From an uncultured Candidatus Saccharibacteria bacterium (GTDB lineage Bacteria > Patescibacteriota > WWE3 > UBA101185 > UBA10185), in assembly GCA_964615625.1 (NCBI GenBank), contig CAZTQT010000001.1:12438-76437 (forward strand): DNA of 64,000 bases, written 5' to 3'. Each line of letters starts with the position of its first letter. The first letter of the stretch is position 1. The notes beneath the pieces are model-generated. The model did no database searches. It was not told the DNA's origin and saw only the letters and a program-made list of their open reading frames with translations. Positions 58,535-64,000 of the stretch are shown here, piece by piece. Position numbers and translations under genes: made by a program.

Positions 58535-59602
58535 TTATTCCAAAGGAAGATTTATTACCTTTGCGTTTTCCATATTTACAAAGTCACTTGTTGCTGTGCT
58601 TGTTATGGTTGTTTGTTTTCCTTCTATGCTTTCAATAACCGCCTTCTGGTGAGTATCGTCTAATTCAGAGAAAATGTCATCAAGTAGTAGTACAGGCCTG
58701 TCTCCTTTGTGTTTTTCAATATATTCAATCTCTCCTATTTTTAAAGCTAATACACAGCTTCTTTGTTCTCCTCTAGATCCAAAGTTAGATACATTATGGT
58801 CATTAAAAATAATTTCAAAATCGTCTCTATGTGGGCCTACTAAAGTTGTCATTGCACCAATTTCCCTTTGCTCATATTCTTGTAATCTTTGGTGATTTAT
58901 CTCGTTTTTCTTATATATTATTTTTACTTCTGTATTATTACCGTTTAGTACAAGACCGTTTTCAAAAACTACTGGGTTTATTTCTTCAAACATCCTTTCA
59001 CGTTTTTGCTGTATTCTGGTACCGTTTTCAAGTATTTGGTTTGTATAGAAACCTATTTCATCTTGTCCACCAAGGCCTTTGTTTATTTTTTCTAACAATT
59101 TATTTCTATGTCTCACAGCCTTAACATAATCGTTTAAACTTTTTTTATAGTCTTTATCTGTTTGAGACAACATATCATCCATATATCTTCTTCTTTCAGA
59201 TGGGGATCCTGTTATTAGTTGTATATCCTGCGGGGAAAAAAGCACGGAGTTAAATATTCCCGTAAAGTATTGGATACTTTTTACTACTTTATTAATCTTT
59301 GCTTTTTTAATAGACGCGTTTTCAAACTTTTCACTTTTTATTATCTGTAGCTCCATGTTAAAAGAATCATTATTTGTTTCTATATCGGCATTTATGGTGC
59401 AAAAATCTTTCCCGTACTGTATTAAATCTTTATCATATCTCGAGGATTTTGCTCTTCCTGTAGAGAGTGCGTGTATAGATTCAAGTATTGTGGATTTACC
59501 GGATCCGTTTCCTCCAATTATCATGGTTAGGTTTTTATCAAACCCTATCTCTAAATTTTCATGATTTCTTACATTGGTAAGTTTTAAGTTTAGTATTTTC
59601 AT
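58535..59602 (-). CDS. recF: DNA replication and repair protein RecF
   Basis: GGNGSGKS, VLFSP.D, GSPSERRRY.D, GPHRDD, SRGEQR, LLLDDIFSELD. Confidence 0.95.
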   Translation of the reverse strand: MKILNLKLTNVRNHENLEIGFDKNLTMIIGGNGSGKSTILESIHALSTGRAKSSRYDKDLIQYGKDFCTINADIETNNDSFNMELQIIKSEKFENASIKKAKINKVVKSIQYFTGIFNSVLFSPQDIQLITGSPSERRRYMDDMLSQTDKDYKKSLNDYVKAVRHRNKLLEKINKGLGGQDEIGFYTNQILENGTRIQQKRERMFEEINPVVFENGLVLNGNNTEVKIIYKKNEINHQRLQEYEQREIGAMTTLVGPHRDDFEIIFNDHNVSNFGSRGEQRSCVLALKIGEIEYIEKHKGDRPVLLLDDIFSELDDTHQKAVIESIEGKQTTITSTATSDFVNMENAKVINLPLE

Positions 59603-59605
59603 TTT

Positions 59606-60487
59606 TTAAAGAAGTTGTCTTTGCCTTTCATTTATTTTTACTTTTTTCAACGACTCTTTTTTGTATGGCTGACAGATAGGGCAGTAGTAAGTCCCTCTTC
59701 CATTTATTTTCTCAAAAATAGTTTTAGCACCGCAGCTTGGGCATTTATCTTTCCCATAAATTTTAAAATAATTTTGCTGGTTTCCGCTGTTGCCAAATAT
59801 ATCAACATACATTTTGTCCGGTAGAGTAGATCCCCTGTTTTTTATACCTTCGTTTAAAATTTCCCTAGATTTTTCTAGCAAAATTTCACTTTCATTTAAA
59901 TTTATAGATTGTGTGGATGTTTTTGGATTTATTTTTGCAAGGAACAGAGCGTCAGTTGCATATATATTTCCAAGACCAGATATAATACTCTGATCCAATA
60001 GTACGTTTTTTATATTTGTTTTTTTAGAATGAATAGCCTTTAAAAAATCTTCAGGAGTTATTTTTTTATTAAGAACACTTAGCCCATATTTATTTTCCAA
60101 ATCTCTTACACCAGCTTCATCTAATACATTTATTTTTCCAAATTGTCGCATATCACAAAACTTCAAATATTTTTTATCATCATTTTTTGCTATTTCAAAC
60201 ACAATTTTTACCCAATTATCCTTTCTATCCTTATCAGACGTTAATAAGATTCTACCAGTCATCGCTAAGTGAAAGGTTAAAAAGCCATTTTCTGATAGTT
60301 TTATGACTATGTTTTTTGCAATTCTTTTAACTTCTACAAATTTTTTGTTTAAGAGTGAGGGGAGTTTCTTTTTTACTGATTCTGGTATCTTATAGTTCTT
60401 AGTTATTTTAATATTTTTAATCTCGTAACCAATGATATTATTGTTTAAATCGTTTGCTATTGTATGTACTTCTGGTAGTTCAGGCAT
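59606..60487 (-). CDS. mutM: Formamidopyrimidine-DNA glycosylase
   Basis: MPELPEV, HLAMTG, DMRQFG, LLDQS.ISGLGNIY, C-terminal Zn finger. Confidence 0.96.
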   Translation of the reverse strand: MPELPEVHTIANDLNNNIIGYEIKNIKITKNYKIPESVKKKLPSLLNKKFVEVKRIAKNIVIKLSENGFLTFHLAMTGRILLTSDKDRKDNWVKIVFEIAKNDDKKYLKFCDMRQFGKINVLDEAGVRDLENKYGLSVLNKKITPEDFLKAIHSKKTNIKNVLLDQSIISGLGNIYATDALFLAKINPKTSTQSINLNESEILLEKSREILNEGIKNRGSTLPDKMYVDIFGNSGNQQNYFKIYGKDKCPSCGAKTIFEKINGRGTYYCPICQPYKKESLKKVKINERQRQLL

Positions 60488-61604
60488 CTCTATTGTGTTC
60501 TTCCCATTTCTCTCTTACAAACTCTTTAAGCTCGGATTGAAACCTCTCTTTTGAAAATCTTTGAGCGTGGTTTTTTATTTTCTCGTGGTCAAACTTTTTA
60601 TTTTTTATCATTTGATCAAACTCTAGTAATTTTTCTGATAAACATTCAACAGTACCTTCTTCAAAGAATAAACCTGTCTCACCTTCTATTATTGTTTCTA
60701 AATGACCGCCAGATTTGTGAGCTAGTACAGGTTTTCCATGTGCCATTGCTTCTATAGGAACAATTCCAAAATCTTCATCAACAACAGGGTTTATTAAGCC
60801 TAGACAATTTTCCAAAAGCTCATGTTTTTCCTTATCATCAACTCTTCCTTTAAAAATTATATTTTCTCCTGCCATAGCTTTTAATTTTTCTTCTTCAAGC
60901 CCTGTTCCAACCATCACTAGTGGGTATTTAATTTTATTGAAAGTTTCTATCAAAAGATCAAAATTTTTATACTTTGACATTCTACCTACCGCCATAAAAT
61001 AAGGCGTTTCCAGTTTTTTCATGTTGTTACTCATCTCAAAATTAATTTCTACAGGTGGGTATATTATTGTTGCATCACGCCCGTAAAATTTCTTTATTCT
61101 TTTTTTAGTTGTTTCAGAATTTGTAATTATGTAATCAGGTCTTTGTGCAGCAGAGTAGTCCCACAATCTTAAAAAATTTACAAGATAGCTATAAAGAGGC
61201 TTAAGAATTGGTTTTTGCCATTTTGTTGTTTCTTGAGAATATTTGTACAAAAATCTTGGGGGAGTGTGTATGTATGTAAAATGTAATTGATTGGGTTTTG
61301 TAATGATCCCCTTGTTCCAAGTAGTTCCGCTGGAAATTATTATGTCGTAGTCTCTAAAATCAAAATCCTCAAAAATAGTAGGCATCCTTAACAAAAAGAA
61401 AAGTTTTTCAGAGATTTTACTAAAGATTCCTTTGGGATATATAATTTCCCTTTTTGTTATTGTTTCAGGCATTTTGCTAGAATCATACTTGGCTGTATAT
61501 ATTGGGGATTCTGGAAAAATCTCAGCTATAGCTTCTATTGTTTTTTCTGCCCCTCCAAATTGAGATAAAAACTCGTGGGCCAACGCTACTTTTGGTTCTT
61601 TCAT
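60480..61604 (-). CDS. Family 4 (GT-B) glycosyltransferase
   Basis: GGAEK, YIHTPPRF, IYPPV, EDFGIVPIEAMAHGKPV. Confidence 0.92.
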   Translation of the reverse strand: MKEPKVALAHEFLSQFGGAEKTIEAIAEIFPESPIYTAKYDSSKMPETITKREIIYPKGIFSKISEKLFFLLRMPTIFEDFDFRDYDIIISSGTTWNKGIITKPNQLHFTYIHTPPRFLYKYSQETTKWQKPILKPLYSYLVNFLRLWDYSAAQRPDYIITNSETTKKRIKKFYGRDATIIYPPVEINFEMSNNMKKLETPYFMAVGRMSKYKNFDLLIETFNKIKYPLVMVGTGLEEEKLKAMAGENIIFKGRVDDKEKHELLENCLGLINPVVDEDFGIVPIEAMAHGKPVLAHKSGGHLETIIEGETGLFFEEGTVECLSEKLLEFDQMIKNKKFDHEKIKNHAQRFSKERFQSELKEFVREKWEEHNRDA

Positions 61605-61699
61605 ATTTGTATTATATATCATTTAAATTATTACATGGGTTTCGGTAAATATATGTGAAAACTATTGACATGAAAATTAAATTATGGGTTCATTTAAGT

Positions 61700-62203
61700 A
61701 TGAAGAAGAGTTTTTTAATTCCACTAATTATCATCTTGGTATTTGCTGGTATCCCTACTGCTTTTTGGTTTCTTTCTTCTAAGGAAAATGTTGATGAAAA
61801 TGTTCAGGGAGTAAGGTCCGGATCTACAGGAGTTGTATTAAAGATAGTTTCAAACGGCGGTGCTTGGGATATGTTCAAATACGTTTGTGAGAGCAAGGAA
61901 AAATGTTTAGAAAGTTTGGAATCTGGAAAAAAACTAGATGTTACAAGTGGCGGTGGTATAGAAGAGCAATCCGTTGCTATTAAATACACACATGAAATGG
62001 AATCTCAGGAATTTATGAAAATATTTGTAAAGCCGGGGTGGGGAACTGTTGAAAGAGCTTTTAATGTAAGTTTAGATTTAGATGCATCTGACGTTTCTAT
62101 TGAAAAAATGAATGTTGGGAATAACGATTTTTATATTATTTTAATACCCATGAAATATTTGCACTCAGAAGTTTTTGATTTAGCAACTTTTGTAGATTAT
62201 TAA
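61700..62203 (+). CDS. Membrane-anchored hypothetical protein
   Basis: MKKSF + TM, one Cys pair; start uncertain (the ORF is open from 61655). Confidence 0.6.
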   Translation: MKKSFLIPLIIILVFAGIPTAFWFLSSKENVDENVQGVRSGSTGVVLKIVSNGGAWDMFKYVCESKEKCLESLESGKKLDVTSGGGIEEQSVAIKYTHEMESQEFMKIFVKPGWGTVERAFNVSLDLDASDVSIEKMNVGNNDFYIILIPMKYLHSEVFDLATFVDY

Positions 62204-62254
62204 ACACACAAAGTTATTTAATTTAACTCTTAAATAATTTATCATTCTAAGTGT

Positions 62255-62746
62255 ATGCAAGTCATTGCCCGAAACTCAAAACTATGGAGTTACATGGCTC
62301 CTGAGATAAGAGATTTAGTAGAGGATGGGGAGATCATACTCAATTTTGTTTATGAGAATAAACAAAAATCGGATATATCAGATTATTCCTTTATAGTGTT
62401 TCCTTTTGCAAAAGCCTACGAGGGTTTTTTGAAGAGATTTTTCTGGGATGTTGGTCTCATTTCTGAAGATGAATACTACGGAGACGAGATAAGAATAGGT
62501 AGGCTTCTTAACCCAAGCTACGATGGTAATTCAAGTATATACAACAAAGTGTGTAAGGGATCAAAAGGTGGTAAAAATGTTGCCCAGCGTTTATGGGATG
62601 CGTGGAAAAGAGGGAGAAATTCTGTCTTTCATTATTTTCCCCACAATTTTAGAAAACTTGAATACAACGAGGCTTTAGACATTATAAATGACCTAATAAA
62701 TGCTATGGCAGAGGTGGTTTCTGTTTGTTTGGATAATAAAAAGTAG
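62255..62746 (+). CDS. RnlA-type HEPN domain protein
   Basis: DYSF..FP.AKAYEGFLK and RNSVFH (RxxxxH). Confidence 0.65.
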   Translation: MQVIARNSKLWSYMAPEIRDLVEDGEIILNFVYENKQKSDISDYSFIVFPFAKAYEGFLKRFFWDVGLISEDEYYGDEIRIGRLLNPSYDGNSSIYNKVCKGSKGGKNVAQRLWDAWKRGRNSVFHYFPHNFRKLEYNEALDIINDLINAMAEVVSVCLDNKK

Positions 62747-62755
62747 AGAAGATTT

Positions 62756-64000
62756 TTAATTGTCGGTTGAAAAAGTTGCTTCCGTTATTTTTATTTTCTT
62801 GGTATTTCTTCCTTGCGTGTTGACCCCAACTGCAGCGTGTCTTTCTTGTTCCATATTACCGTCCAAGGTTTGTAATCTAAATAAAAGTTTTGTTATACCT
62901 TCTTTTTGTATTTTAAACGGAACTGTGTACTTATCCCAACTTTGTCTCTCATCAGTGGAGTACAATATAAAATCTATATCTTGATTACTACCTGAGGTAA
63001 GAAATTTTATTGTTGGAAATTCTGTATACCAACCATTTTCACTTGATCCTGTGATCTCCACATTAGTTTCCGGAATGTTCTTATCAGCAAGTACAGCAAA
63101 TCTGCTTAAGTGATTTATTGTAGTTGATATTACGTTGTTTATCTTATCAAAAGTTCCTGCTTCCTCTTTCCAAATATTAAGTATTTCATCAAAAAAGTAT
63201 ATTTTTAAGCTATCAACATCTATCCCGATTAAGTGTTTGGGATCTATTTTTATAGATATTTTTAATGGGTTTTCAAATTCAGAAATTTTATTTCCTAGTT
63301 GGTCATATACCTCAGCAATAAAAGATGTTTTTGGTATATACCTCTTTAATAAAAAGCTCTCTTCGTTTGGGTTTACATATGGGTAAATTTTGGCCACAAA
63401 ATTATTAACACTTTTGGGAAATGTAATAGTTTTATTATCTAGTACTAACTCATTCCCGTCTTGAGATGGTGTACCCGAAGATATAATTTCTGAAACCTCA
63501 TTGATAGAGTGTTTCCATAAGTAAGAACTTTCAGTGCCTTTGTGGTTTCCAAGATTATCCTCCCAAGAGAAACTTTCCCACGGATCATTGTTATTTATAT
63601 CCTGCCAACCAAAAGGATCCGTCCTGCCATTTGGGAATTCATCCAAAAAACTGTTATTTGAGTTAGTGTCTTTTGTTACTTCAAAGTGTAAGTGCGGCCC
63701 TGTCGTTCTACCTGTCAATCCGACTTTTCCTATAGCATCGCCATCGTTAACAGAAACACTCCCTGTTTTAGTTATTAAACCGTCTTCTTGTAAGTGCATG
63801 TATGTAGTTTGATAACCGTTTTGATGGTCTATTTTTATTGAATGTCCACAGTCGGTGCAATAATAGTAAGAAGCTACTCCAGAAGCTGGGGCTTTTATTT
63901 TGGATCCGTAGTTTAACCCAAAATCTATCCCACTATGAGAACTGTAGTATATGTTTGGTTCCTTACCCTTAATTCCAAGAAAATTTAGTGTAGTTGATTT
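62756..64000 (-). CDS. M23-family metallopeptidase with C-terminal beta domains (N-terminus outside the window)
   Basis: Frame open to 64000: HSGID (HxxxD), YMHL, GRTTGPHLHFEV. Confidence 0.88.
   Translation of the reverse strand, partial: KSTTLNFLGIKGKEPNIYYSSHSGIDFGLNYGSKIKAPASGVASYYYCTDCGHSIKIDHQNGYQTTYMHLQEDGLITKTGSVSVNDGDAIGKVGLTGRTTGPHLHFEVTKDTNSNNSFLDEFPNGRTDPFGWQDINNNDPWESFSWEDNLGNHKGTESSYLWKHSINEVSEIISSGTPSQDGNELVLDNKTITFPKSVNNFVAKIYPYVNPNEESFLLKRYIPKTSFIAEVYDQLGNKISEFENPLKISIKIDPKHLIGIDVDSLKIYFFDEILNIWKEEAGTFDKINNVISTTINHLSRFAVLADKNIPETNVEITGSSENGWYTEFPTIKFLTSGSNQDIDFILYSTDERQSWDKYTVPFKIQKEGITKLLFRLQTLDGNMEQERHAAVGVNTQGRNTKKIKITEATFSTDN

Noticed and set aside
393-63812. Numerous 60-190 aa ORFs antisense to or nested in recognised genes (for example 393-641, 10222-10797, 24187-24690, 42743-43186)
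   Set aside because: They are shadow frames of well-supported genes, with S/F/L-rich composition and no motifs.
1-64000. Alternative genetic code (TGA recoding as in Gracilibacteria/Absconditabacteria)
   Set aside because: Conserved genes are full length under code 11, and TGA ends genes at expected positions (for example metG, rsmA).

Overview
AT-rich chromosomal window from a small-genome bacterium using genetic code 11. Gene content and shortened proteins point to Patescibacteria/CPR, possibly WWE3-like; this assignment is an inference. The window starts inside dnaA, with DnaA boxes upstream, and is mostly housekeeping: hrcA-grpE-dnaK with a CIRCE, lepA, murJ, rpsT, trxA-gap-pgk-tpiA, pentose-phosphate genes, pcrA, rsmA, two femABX genes, metG, nth, an ATP-dependent ligase, recF and mutM. 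No rRNA, tRNA, CRISPR array, IS or prophage could be supported. Main leads: (1) a sortase plus two unrelated proteins sharing an ungapped 45-aa C-terminal signal (ETG-TM-RKxALxxFE...L) and a similar N-terminal anchor; (2) a three-gene locus with an 865-aa kinase-like plus ADP-ribosyltransferase-like protein and a candidate immunity gene; (3) a strongly promoted, structured ~190-nt non-coding RNA candidate at 51.68-51.87 kb; (4) a half-size aldehyde:ferredoxin oxidoreductase-family protein plus ferredoxin between pgk and tpiA; (5) beta-clamp-type motifs on a stand-alone 5'-3' exonuclease, the ATP ligase, a helicase-nuclease and MutM; (6) widespread apparently leaderless promoters. All calls come from reading motifs by eye; no database search or folding program was run.
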